Assembly (NCBI GenBank): GCA_025999155.1
Contig: AP026679.1
Span: 291,996 to 355,995, forward strand
Source of the DNA: Candidatus Dojkabacteria bacterium
Lineage (GTDB): Bacteria > Patescibacteriota > Dojkabacteria > JAOAGR01
Reading direction: 5' to 3'
Length of the DNA: 64,000 nucleotides
The number at the start of each line of letters is the position of its first letter. Positions within the stretch are counted from its first letter, which is position 1. Of this stretch, positions 10,440 to 19,287 are shown piece after piece. The translations under genes were made by a program, and so were the position numbers. The notes under the pieces are model-generated. The model did not search any database and was not told the origin of the DNA. It was given only the letters and a program-made list of their open reading frames with translations.

Positions 10440-12044
10440 TTACTCTGATCTTAAAGCATTTACTACATTGTTTCTAGAGGAAATTAGCACTGGAAATAAT
10501 CCTGCTAAAAATCCCATAGACATCAATATAATAAAGAATACTGTTACTTCTACAATCGGGAACCCTACAAAAACAAATAAAGGTTTACTTACTGAAACCT
10601 GAGACGAACCAGCTGCAAGCAAATAATAAATAGTATCACCAAAAAGTAAAGATAAAACTATATTAATTGCAACTGCTAGCACCAGCCCAGCAATAAAACC
10701 CCCTGCCAAAACGATAAATATATAAGACATAAATATTTTTACAATGTCAATTTTTTGAGCACCTATAGCTCGAAAAATTCCTATTTCTTTTTTACTATCT
10801 GCTAGTATCTTGAAGACATTCATATTTACAAAAGCTATTGCAACTATTAGCAGTAATGAGGTTACACATATAACTAAATATTGTATGGAATTCAATATAT
10901 CTTCAAAGTACTCTTTTACACTTTTTAAAGGATAAACATAATAGTGAAAACTCAAGTTATCTATAGTTTCATTCGAGAAACCGTTATCTGAAGCTGTAAA
11001 AGATTCCTCATTTGAAGCAGGCGGAGCAAAACATCTCACACCATCACTGTCACACCTTCCGTTAGGGCTCAATACATTTTTGTTTTGTAAATTTGTCATA
11101 TCATCAACAAAAACATCTCGTTTTTTTGCACTATCAAACTCAACAATGTAAACAATATCTTGTTTTTTAGCTTGACTAAATAAGGTACCTATTTGTGTAT
11201 TCACTGATAGAGCCCATTCTGGGATAATAGCACCTACCGTACCCCACGTACTATAATTAAGTCCAAAAAGATCATTACCAATTTGAAATGGTTGTATGCT
11301 GCCAGCATAACCAACAATTAAACCCTGAAAAGATAAAACTTCAGAACCATTTAAACCGACAGAAACTGTAACTTCCTGCCCTATATATTTATAAAGCTTT
11401 TTATGTATATCACCCAACTTTTCACTGAACCTTGTATCAAATGATTCGAAACTTCTATCTTGCATGAAAAAATTTTGCAGCTCATTATTCAACAACATAG
11501 CATCAGCGTATGCTGGATTAAGAAGAATGGGAACTCTACCATTATATAGATTCTCAAACGAATAACCTCCCAAAACCGACTCTTTACTCAAATAAGGGTC
11601 AATAGATACGATACTATAATTATTTTCCACTGACGATTGTCTATTGTTATTTAAATCACCTTTCCCTTCAAAATCTTTCAGCATAACGGTTGGACCAACA
11701 AGTACAGTCTTTTTGTATATACCCTTAATTTTATACTTATCACCATACATAGACTTAAATTCTGGTACACTTGGAATAGATAACGGTATATGAATGTTTT
11801 CAGCAAGATCTGTACTTTTTATCTCCCCTACTACCGACATAGACCAATTAATTGCTGCAAAATACGTCTGATATCGATCAGGGTATGCTTCCCACAGTAT
11901 ACTGCGAATTGAACTAACTCCTATTAGAAATATCAAAATCGATACAACACCAAATGCAAACATAACCATAGAAAGAACACTGCGCACCTTGCGAGCTTTA
12001 AACTTAATCAAACCCAGCCTTAATGAGTCTTGTATCGTTATCAT
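10440..12044 (-). CDS. ABC transporter permease, MacB/FtsX family
   Basis: RKVRSVLS N-terminal TM, large extracytoplasmic domain, KKEIGIFRAIGA, C-terminal VVNALRSE. Confidence 0.9.
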   Translation of the reverse strand: MITIQDSLRLGLIKFKARKVRSVLSMVMFAFGVVSILIFLIGVSSIRSILWEAYPDRYQTYFAAINWSMSVVGEIKSTDLAENIHIPLSIPSVPEFKSMYGDKYKIKGIYKKTVLVGPTVMLKDFEGKGDLNNNRQSSVENNYSIVSIDPYLSKESVLGGYSFENLYNGRVPILLNPAYADAMLLNNELQNFFMQDRSFESFDTRFSEKLGDIHKKLYKYIGQEVTVSVGLNGSEVLSFQGLIVGYAGSIQPFQIGNDLFGLNYSTWGTVGAIIPEWALSVNTQIGTLFSQAKKQDIVYIVEFDSAKKRDVFVDDMTNLQNKNVLSPNGRCDSDGVRCFAPPASNEESFTASDNGFSNETIDNLSFHYYVYPLKSVKEYFEDILNSIQYLVICVTSLLLIVAIAFVNMNVFKILADSKKEIGIFRAIGAQKIDIVKIFMSYIFIVLAGGFIAGLVLAVAINIVLSLLFGDTIYYLLAAGSSQVSVSKPLFVFVGFPIVEVTVFFIILMSMGFLAGLFPVLISSRNNVVNALRSE

Positions 12045-12082
12045 AATATTAGTCCAATCTTTCTTAACACTTTTATTCTTAA

Positions 12083-12886
12083 CTATACGATTTTTCCATC
12101 TGATATTTCAATAACCCTATGAGCGTGTTTTGCTACATTCAAATCATGGGTAACAATAACCATAGTGGTATGCAAATTCGCATTGATTTGTTTAAGCAAA
12201 TTAATAATCTCAGTACCAGTATTCATATCGAGATTTCCAGTTGGTTCATCAGCTAAAATGATTTTTGGGCTGTTTACAAGGGCCCTCGCTATAGCAACTC
12301 TCTGCACTTGTCCCCCACTTAATTGGTTAGGTAAGTACGAAATACGAGCAGACAAACCAACTTGCTCTAATACTCGACGAGCTTTCTGCGAGCGTACAGC
12401 ACGAGATTCACCTCTAAATACTAAAGGAATTTCCACATTTTCTTGTGCTGTTAAATAAGGTTGCAGATAGAAAAATTGAAAAACAAAACCAATGGTCTGG
12501 TTCCTAAACACTGATAATTCGTTATCATTGAGACCACCTAAATTACGACCATCTACAATCACATCTCCCGAATCTGGTTGATCTAAACCCCCTATCAGAT
12601 TGAGCAGTGTACTTTTCCCACTACCGCTTGGTCCTACCAAAGCAACAATTTCACCAGTATAAATATTTAGATTTATGTTTTGTAGCACGACGACTTCCTG
12701 CTTGATCTTGCCATATTTTTTGTAAACAGATCTCAACTCTATGATCTTGGAAACATTATTTTGCTCCTGATCAACTGTATCAGAAAATTTTGGTTCTACT
12801 ACATGATTGGAATTACACCGACCGAGTTGGTCTGAATCAGACGAGAACATATATCCGATTTTAGTATAGTCATATGGGTATATCAA
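12083..12886 (-). CDS. ABC transporter ATP-binding protein, MacB/LolD family (true start may be later)
   Basis: Walker A GPSGSGKS, LSGGQVQRVAIARAL, LADEPTGNLD, VTHD. Confidence 0.95.
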   Translation of the reverse strand: MIYPYDYTKIGYMFSSDSDQLGRCNSNHVVEPKFSDTVDQEQNNVSKIIELRSVYKKYGKIKQEVVVLQNINLNIYTGEIVALVGPSGSGKSTLLNLIGGLDQPDSGDVIVDGRNLGGLNDNELSVFRNQTIGFVFQFFYLQPYLTAQENVEIPLVFRGESRAVRSQKARRVLEQVGLSARISYLPNQLSGGQVQRVAIARALVNSPKIILADEPTGNLDMNTGTEIINLLKQINANLHTTMVIVTHDLNVAKHAHRVIEISDGKIV

Positions 12887-13010
12887 TATTCAAGAGTTCT
12901 GACTTTCCTATTAGTTACATAGCCAAAGAACACATTCGATAATTTTTTATTTTCTGTACATTTTTGATGAGTTTCGGAAGACCTGAAAAAGATCTATTTT
13001 AAAGTACTTT

Positions 13011-13084
13011 TGGCTTCTCCGCTAGGATTCGAACCTAGACCTGGTGATTAACAGTCACCCACGCTACCATTACGCCACAGAGAA
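13011..13084 (-). tRNA. tRNA-Asn(GTT), 74 nt, CCA encoded
   Basis: TTCTCTG/CGGAGAA acceptor, GGTGA-CTGTTAA-TCACC anticodon arm, CTAGG-TTCGAAT-CCTAG T arm, G73-CCA. Confidence 0.92.
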
Positions 13085-13086
13085 AT

Positions 13087-13118
13087 AAAAAATCTCCCTC
13101 GATTACGAGGGAGATTTT
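13087..13118 (-). terminator. Intrinsic terminator (attenuator 3:4 helix) ending 2 nt before tRNA-Asn
   Basis: Minus strand AAAAUCUCCCUCG-UAAU-CGAGGGAGA-UUUUUU; perfect 9-bp GC-rich stem plus U6. Confidence 0.85.
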
Positions 13119-13143
13119 CTTTAAACCCAAATAACAATCCCCC

Positions 13144-13194
13144 TCAGACCGAGGAATTAAGATTATTATTTGAGTTTAGATTGAATAACACCAT
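13144..13194 (-). CDS. Asn-rich leader peptide MVLFNLNSNNNLNSSV (putative attenuator peptide)
   Basis: ATG GTG TTA TTC AAT CTA AAC TCA AAT AAT AAT CTT AAT TCC TCG GTC TGA; 6 of 16 codons are Asn; lies between a promoter and the terminator upstream of tRNA-Asn. Confidence 0.75.
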   Translation of the reverse strand: MVLFNLNSNNNLNSSV

Positions 13195-13230
13195 TTTTTG
13201 ATTTATGAATTTATTTATATTTACACCAAC

Positions 13231-13259
13231 AGTTTATATCATCCTTACAACATAGTCAA
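13231..13259 (-). promoter_or_regulatory. Sigma70-type promoter for the leader peptide/tRNA-Asn unit
   Basis: TTGACT-N17-TAAACT on the minus strand. Confidence 0.65.
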
Positions 13260-13378
13260 GTATTGAATTAGGAAAAAAGTAAAGCAATAACTAAAGGTAT
13301 TGGGATTGTCTGAGAAGAAATTAATTTTAGAATAAAAACAAATAAAGACAAAACAGACACATAATGTCATCTATTTAT

Positions 13379-13802
13379 TGGTGGAGATGGCGGGAATCGA
13401 ACCCGCGTCCGAAAAGTTCTTAAACAAACATCTACAAGCTTAGTAGGTTTCATATGTAGCTTTTGTCTTTAAAACCTACAAAATGACAAAGGCTTTTGGC
13501 CTTTAACTTGATCAAGACTGCCGGCCCGCAACCTTGACGGTCAACTTAGAAGTAAAGATCAATAGTAAGCTACGTTGACCTGCTCACTTACTACTCTACC
13601 CGAACAACTACTCTTCGTAGTGTCCGGAAGTTAGGCAGCTAATTGCACAACTTGTTGTGGGGTAATTGCACTAATTATAGATCTACCTAACTCGCTTAAT
13701 TTATTTTCTGCACTTTTTGATGAGCGATATTCTAGTACGTGTCATCGCCAAACACGACTTGCAGTTTGTTCAAGAACATCCCGTCAAGTCCAATACATCC
13801 CC
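13379..13802 (-). ncRNA. ssrA: tmRNA; tag reading frame 13631-13711 encodes AENKLSELGRSIISAITPQQVVQLAA*
   Basis: 5' GGGGATGTATTGGACTTGAC; 3' GACGCGGGTTCGATTCCCGCCATCTCCACCA; tag ends in LAA-TAA. Confidence 0.95.
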
Positions 13803-14148
13803 ATATAACGTCAAGTAACCATACTTAACGTAATTAAGTATACCATACCTGACCGAATCTGAGTCAAGTATACCGTAATTTGCTGAGTTCATTACAAATA
13901 TTTCTCTCCATCTAACATATTCAGATATCTAATTCATTCAAAGATCCAAAGATCACGCCCATATTCATAAGGCTTTTAATATTCGAAAGCTTAAAATAGT
14001 TATTAAAACAATTCAAAGATCACTCTCAACCTATAGAATTAAACAGACAAAGGATTATTTATAGTTTTCCACATCACAGAAGGAAGACCAACAAAGCGAG
14101 TTATATATTAATATATGAGGATTTTTGTTAATTAATGTTTTATAGGAC

Positions 14149-14176
14149 TTGACACGTATCGTATATGGGATATAAT
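14149..14176 (+). promoter_or_regulatory. Consensus sigma70 promoter with no convincing CDS downstream
   Basis: TTGACA-N16-TATAAT. Confidence 0.75.
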
Positions 14177-14182
14177 CATATC

Positions 14183-14362
14183 GCAATATAGGATTAGGGT
14201 ACCAACCGGACCCAAAACCCCCAAGTCTGGTTCGGTAAAAGAAGCCTACTGGACTTTGGGGTGTTGGGTTCGAGACTGACCTAGAATATCGATTCAAATG
14301 TTGGAATCTCATAAATGGGAATTCGGCATTGGGGTCGGTTGGGGCAGTACCGATCCCTTTTT
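14183..14362 (+). ncRNA. Candidate structured ncRNA of unknown class (~175 nt)
   Basis: GC-rich island after a consensus promoter; ends pair (GGAT/ATCC, GGTAC/GTACC, CAACC/GGTTG); long arm GGACCCAA..CCCCAAG.TCTGG / CTGGAC.TTTGGGG..TTGGGTTC with G-U pairs on this strand; ends in a T run. Confidence 0.7.
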
Positions 14363-14824
14363 GATTTTTTAATTGTCTCTATTTTAATCAGCTTATTACA
14401 CAAGCAGCAGGAATTAATCGAAAAATCTCAAATTACCATAACATACTTTGATCACTACCTTGCAGATACTGAAACAAATTACAGTAGCTTTAATGTTGAC
14501 TTTAGAGTGTACAAAGTCTCAACTAGCATAAAGCCAGATAAATAGAAAAAGTTTTTAAAATAATCGTACGCGAAACTTATCGACTATCGATAAAAAACTA
14601 TTAGCTTCGTAAGACACGGCCCAGACAACAAAGCATGTATTCAAGCATCTACCAGCAAAGGGTCGCTCCATCCAATCAGCAAAATGTTAAAGACAAAATA
14701 TTACAATATTTCAACTATTTGTTTGCGTGATTCTTTACGGTAATTCTGCATTCCTCATGGCAAAAGAGAAAATGTCGTCAGACATACGCAAATTACTGTA
14801 ATAGCAACTCAAGAATAAATAGAT

Positions 14825-16060
14825 CTATACCAAATACCTATATAGCATGTCATTACTATCAATTTTGAAGTATCTGAATCCTGATTTATTTAATCCTTCA
14901 ATAAAAGAATTATAATCTTCCTTATTATGTAATTCGATTCCTACAAGTGCTGGTCCAAATTCTTTATTTGTTTTTTTAAGATATTCAAATCTTACTATAT
15001 CAAAGTTGACACCTACAGTATCCAAAAACAATTTTAACTGGCCTGGTTTTTGAGCAAACTCAATGATGAAATAATGCTTTAAACCTTCGTAAATCAGACT
15101 TCTCTCCATGATTTCAGGATAGCGAGAGATATCATTATTTCCCCCACTGATTATACACACGACATTTTTACCCTGTGTATCACTTTCCACTGAATCTAAA
15201 GCAGCAACAGCCAATGCCCCAGCAGGCTCAGCAATTATCCCTTCTTCTTGGTACAACTCTATCATCGACGTACAGACCTTACCTTCAGGGACAACGAAAA
15301 CTTTGTCCACTTTTTCTTTTATAATATTAAATGTAATAGTACCTATTTTTTTTATGGCAGCACCATCAATAAATGTGTCAATATTAGTTAATTCTACCGG
15401 ATGACCCACATTAAGAGCTTCTACAGCTTTTGGAGCCCCCGCTGGATCGACTCCAAAAACCTTAATCCCCGAAATAACAGACTTAGCATAAGTAGAAATA
15501 CCAGAAATCAACCCTCCACCGCCTATTGGAACAATGATGATATCGGTATCAGGTAAATCCTCCAAAATTTCAATACCCACAGTCCCTTGGCCAGCAATAG
15601 TCCTTTCGTCATCGAATGGGTGTACATAAACTAGACCATCATCTTCAGCTCTTCTTTTTGAAGCTTGAAATGCCTCGTCAAAAGTTCTGCCAACTAATTC
15701 AATGTGTACAAATTGTCCTCCAAACTTTTTAACTTTATTAATCTTTTGGACAGGAGTAACCTCCGGCATGTAGACAATTCCTCGTATCCCCAAAGATGCA
15801 CATGCATAAGCAAAACCTTGAGCATGATTTCCGGCACTAGCACAAATAACTCCCCTACTTTTTTCTTCTTCTGAGAGTGAACTGATAAGATTATAAGCAC
15901 CACGAATTTTATACGAACGCACAGTTTGTAAATCCTCTCTTTTAAGATAAATTTTGGCTTTGTATTTATTTGATAACCTTGCTGAATATTGCAGCGGGGC
16001 ATGATTCACTACATTTTTTATGTTTTGATAGGCTTTTTGAATGGTCTCTGCGGTCAACAT
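14825..16060 (-). CDS. ilvA: Threonine ammonia-lyase IlvA, short (Bacillus-type) form
   Basis: KREDLQTVRSYKIRGAYN PLP-lysine motif, ASAGNHAQG, PIGGGGLISG, SGGNND, C-terminal regulatory domain. Confidence 0.95.
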   Translation of the reverse strand: MLTAETIQKAYQNIKNVVNHAPLQYSARLSNKYKAKIYLKREDLQTVRSYKIRGAYNLISSLSEEEKSRGVICASAGNHAQGFAYACASLGIRGIVYMPEVTPVQKINKVKKFGGQFVHIELVGRTFDEAFQASKRRAEDDGLVYVHPFDDERTIAGQGTVGIEILEDLPDTDIIIVPIGGGGLISGISTYAKSVISGIKVFGVDPAGAPKAVEALNVGHPVELTNIDTFIDGAAIKKIGTITFNIIKEKVDKVFVVPEGKVCTSMIELYQEEGIIAEPAGALAVAALDSVESDTQGKNVVCIISGGNNDISRYPEIMERSLIYEGLKHYFIIEFAQKPGQLKLFLDTVGVNFDIVRFEYLKKTNKEFGPALVGIELHNKEDYNSFIEGLNKSGFRYFKIDSNDMLYRYLV

Positions 16061-16066
16061 AAAAAT

Positions 16067-16447
16067 TTATTTATAAGCTATACATGCAATTTCTATTTTT
16101 GCATTTTTTGGTAGGCTCGACACTACCACGGTAAATCTTGCAGGTTTTACACCTGCATCAAAATATTGTGCATACACTTCATTAAACAAAACAAAATCAT
16201 CTAGATTAACTAGAAACACCTGCATTTGCAGAACTTTATCAAGTGCAGAACCGGCAGCCTCTAAAATATTTCGTATATTTGTAATGACTTGCTGAGTTTG
16301 TAATTGGATATCATCACTGATCAGATCACCCGTTTGGTAATTTATACCAATCTGCCCGGAACAGAAAATCAGATTTCCGTACTCTACAGCTTGTGAATAG
16401 GGCCCTATTGCTTGAGGCGCCAATTGAGTTTTAATTTCCTTTTTCAT
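16067..16447 (-). CDS. ridA: RidA/YjgF enamine deaminase
   Basis: APQAIGPYSQAV, SGQIG, FNEVYAQYF, PAR, LPKNAKIEI. Confidence 0.95.
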   Translation of the reverse strand: MKKEIKTQLAPQAIGPYSQAVEYGNLIFCSGQIGINYQTGDLISDDIQLQTQQVITNIRNILEAAGSALDKVLQMQVFLVNLDDFVLFNEVYAQYFDAGVKPARFTVVVSSLPKNAKIEIACIAYK

Positions 16448-16575
16448 GGATAGACTTTACTACTTTAGTCTTTGTTTGACAATTTTGTAAAATTTCACTC
16501 CCAAAAAAGTACTAAGATAGTTTGAATAAAAAGCTAGATTTTGGTACACTCACCTTAGTAATGTAATCAAAGTAA

Positions 16576-16651
16576 GCCAGAGTAGCTCAGTCGGTAGAGC
16601 AGCGGTTTTGTAAACCGCGGGTCGTGGGTTCAAGTCCCACCTTTGGCTCCA
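16576..16651 (+). tRNA. tRNA-Thr(TGT)
   Basis: GCCAGAG acceptor, GCGGT-TTTGTAA-ACCGC, GGTTCAAGTCC, CCA. Confidence 0.95.
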
Positions 16652-17694
16652 CTACAAAAATTTTTATGTTTTTCACTATTTATTTCTTTTGTGTATTAGA
16701 TTTAAGACACAATATATCACGAATATCAGACTAATCTGTAGTTTTTGAAATTTTGATGACATCCGTACAAAAATTTTATATCAATACTGCTCGCTGATAA
16801 ATCCAATTGAACAAGGGTATTTTCGGAAACATAGAATAATCACAGCTAAGGATAGAAAATGTTATATTAATAATCTTTATCCAGATACTGTACATTGAAT
16901 TTAAACATATCTCTTGATTCTGAGTAAATACGGAGGCTTACTTATTCTCTAATACATGAATAATATTGACGAATCAAAAATAAGGTATAGCCAATTGATG
17001 ATACTAGTAAAATTTTTATTCGGATACATAATTCCGATCGTTTTGATTAGCTGAATTCTCATAAGTGACCAATATTCTGTCGAATAGCCGGACATAAGTT
17101 TATTATTGATCCCTTAACAGGAGGATCATTTATGTTAAAAAAAAATTATTAGAAAAATTAAAAGTATGAATATGTTTATTTAAGCAAAATACTTACATTA
17201 TAGAAAATACCAACAAACATATGAATTTAAAGTACAAATAATAAAGCTTATATTCTTTAGTTTTGCCAGTCTTCCGGAAAAATGAGTATTAAAATGTAGA
17301 ATTTTATTCAGTTTATAACATAGATCAATGCTTAAAACATGTGACCACAGATCCCAAAATAAACAACGAAAAATCAGGACTTTAAAACATCAACACCAAA
17401 AACAGGCACAAGATATTTCTTACATTTTATAAAATACTATTAATAGGCTGCAGTTTATATTCTGCTTACATCTCTATATTTAATTTTTAGGAGAAAACTC
17501 GCTAATCGACTTACAGCCCTAAAAATTCTATATTAGAAATGTCCTAGTTCAGATAGACTTAAGCCATCCAAACGCTCCTAGATAATATTCAATGATACAA
17601 GATTATTATTATTTATATAATTATATCAACCCTAAACGTAACTAGGACGACCTTCTACAGACAAATAACCTAATTATAAGGATAAGCGGACTAC

Positions 17695-18912
17695 CTAATC
17701 AGCTTTATACACGAAAGTCAATGCCCTATTTAGAACCTCTTCACGTTTCGAGGGGTCACCGTACTCGTCTAGATCAGAAGGTTTATCAGTATATTTAAAC
17801 TCAATACGACCATCAGGGTAAACAACAGTATCACCTTCGAATATAAATATTTCCCTTCCGACCATGTCTTGACTTAATATGGTCTCTATACTTCCGTCAT
17901 CTAGATTAACTCTCAGAACCGATTGTGAATATGCTGGAGGTTCAAACGACTCACCATGAAGAATAACATAATTTTCCCCTCTATAAACGGCAGAACCAAA
18001 AGTCCTGACGAGTTCGACATTACTACCGTTAATCCTGTACAGACTAGGACCAATGAAACCTCTACCTAGGCCATTAGCATCTGAAGCTGTGATAAAATAA
18101 TTATCACCAAACTCAATAATACCCTCGAAGGAAGTAAGTTTACGGCCATCATATATTTTGTACGTTTTGCCATTGATCAAATGATAGCCGGTCACCTCAG
18201 CCCATGGATCATTCTCTTGACGCTGACAATCTATAGGATTCTTATCTAGTATTGTATAAGCTAAATCATTTTTCTTATTCACGGCAATATAAGCTATAAA
18301 ATTCTCGCGTTGTGGAGCAGTATATACAACACTAACATTCTTATTTGTGTCCATCATTTTTACTTTATTAGGTTCATCTGTATCAACAAAGTATAATCGC
18401 ATACCATCCATACTAACCACAGGATGTGCAGGCAACCTACGTGGACAGGTATCGGAATTATTTCCCCAATCAAGAAAATTGTACAAAGGATCCATGACTA
18501 ACTCACTACCTAACCTATACTCTAACTTAGAGGACTCTTTATTAAAACGAATATTAAATTTACCCGAAACTGGACTCACATCCTTAGACACAAGGTCTGA
18601 CATATATAAAAGGTAATATGGTGGCAGTACAGAATAATCCATACCTGCTGATAAACTAGAATTATTTGTATCGACGGTATTTTGATTAATACTGTTTGAA
18701 GGTACATCTGAAAGGTTTTTACCAGAACCAGAATATGCTAAATATACTAGTACAATAGCTACAACAAACAATACTCCTAATGTAATAGCTAGAAATTTCT
18801 TATTCTGAAGTATACTCGAGTAATCTGAATCAACAGTATTTAGATTAGTAGCTTCGCTATTACTGGATTGATTTAATTTACTGGATTGATTTAATTCTTT
18901 TTCATTTGACAT
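17695..18912 (-). CDS. Single-TM surface protein, family A copy 1 (possible beta-propeller)
   Basis: Low-complexity N-terminus, one TM, conserved LEYRLG.ELVMD / LPAHPVVSMDG / PNKVKMMDTNKNVSV blocks shared with 21476 and 24122. Confidence 0.85.
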   Translation of the reverse strand: MSNEKELNQSSKLNQSSNSEATNLNTVDSDYSSILQNKKFLAITLGVLFVVAIVLVYLAYSGSGKNLSDVPSNSINQNTVDTNNSSLSAGMDYSVLPPYYLLYMSDLVSKDVSPVSGKFNIRFNKESSKLEYRLGSELVMDPLYNFLDWGNNSDTCPRRLPAHPVVSMDGMRLYFVDTDEPNKVKMMDTNKNVSVVYTAPQRENFIAYIAVNKKNDLAYTILDKNPIDCQRQENDPWAEVTGYHLINGKTYKIYDGRKLTSFEGIIEFGDNYFITASDANGLGRGFIGPSLYRINGSNVELVRTFGSAVYRGENYVILHGESFEPPAYSQSVLRVNLDDGSIETILSQDMVGREIFIFEGDTVVYPDGRIEFKYTDKPSDLDEYGDPSKREEVLNRALTFVYKAD

Positions 18913-19287
18913 GTTTTATTGTATATTAATTGTAGGCATGCTGTAAACTGCTGTCAATGTAAAGACAGAAAACATCAAAAAATATAAGATTTCCATTTTT
19001 TGTTAACTATTGATTAGAAGTACTGCAATTTTTTATTTTATATGTAGTAAAATAAAATTTTTTATCTCACCCACCAGGACAACTGTGATAAGACTTATAC
19101 TCTAAATAGTTTAATCATCCACTAGGAAGATAAAATTGATATATCGATATATGTAATAACAGGTCATCGTGCTAGTAAGTTCAAAAGTGATGGATTAATC
19201 TAAATGCTTAGATGCAGAAATTTTTATATAAAGACATTATCTAATATAGTGTACTAGAAAATTACTCACAATAATCTACATCAAATA

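Noticed and set aside
14225-14254. SRP (4.5S) RNA identity for the orphan ncRNA (CTGGTTCGGTAAAAGAAGC loosely resembles CAGGTCCGGAAGGAAGC)
   Set aside because: No GNRA tetraloop and no conserved AGCAG symmetric loop; cannot be supported by eye (needs cmscan).
16652-17694. 1-kb AT-rich gap after tRNA-Thr(TGT) as a possible island or ncRNA
   Set aside because: No ORF, att duplication or convincing structure found by eye.
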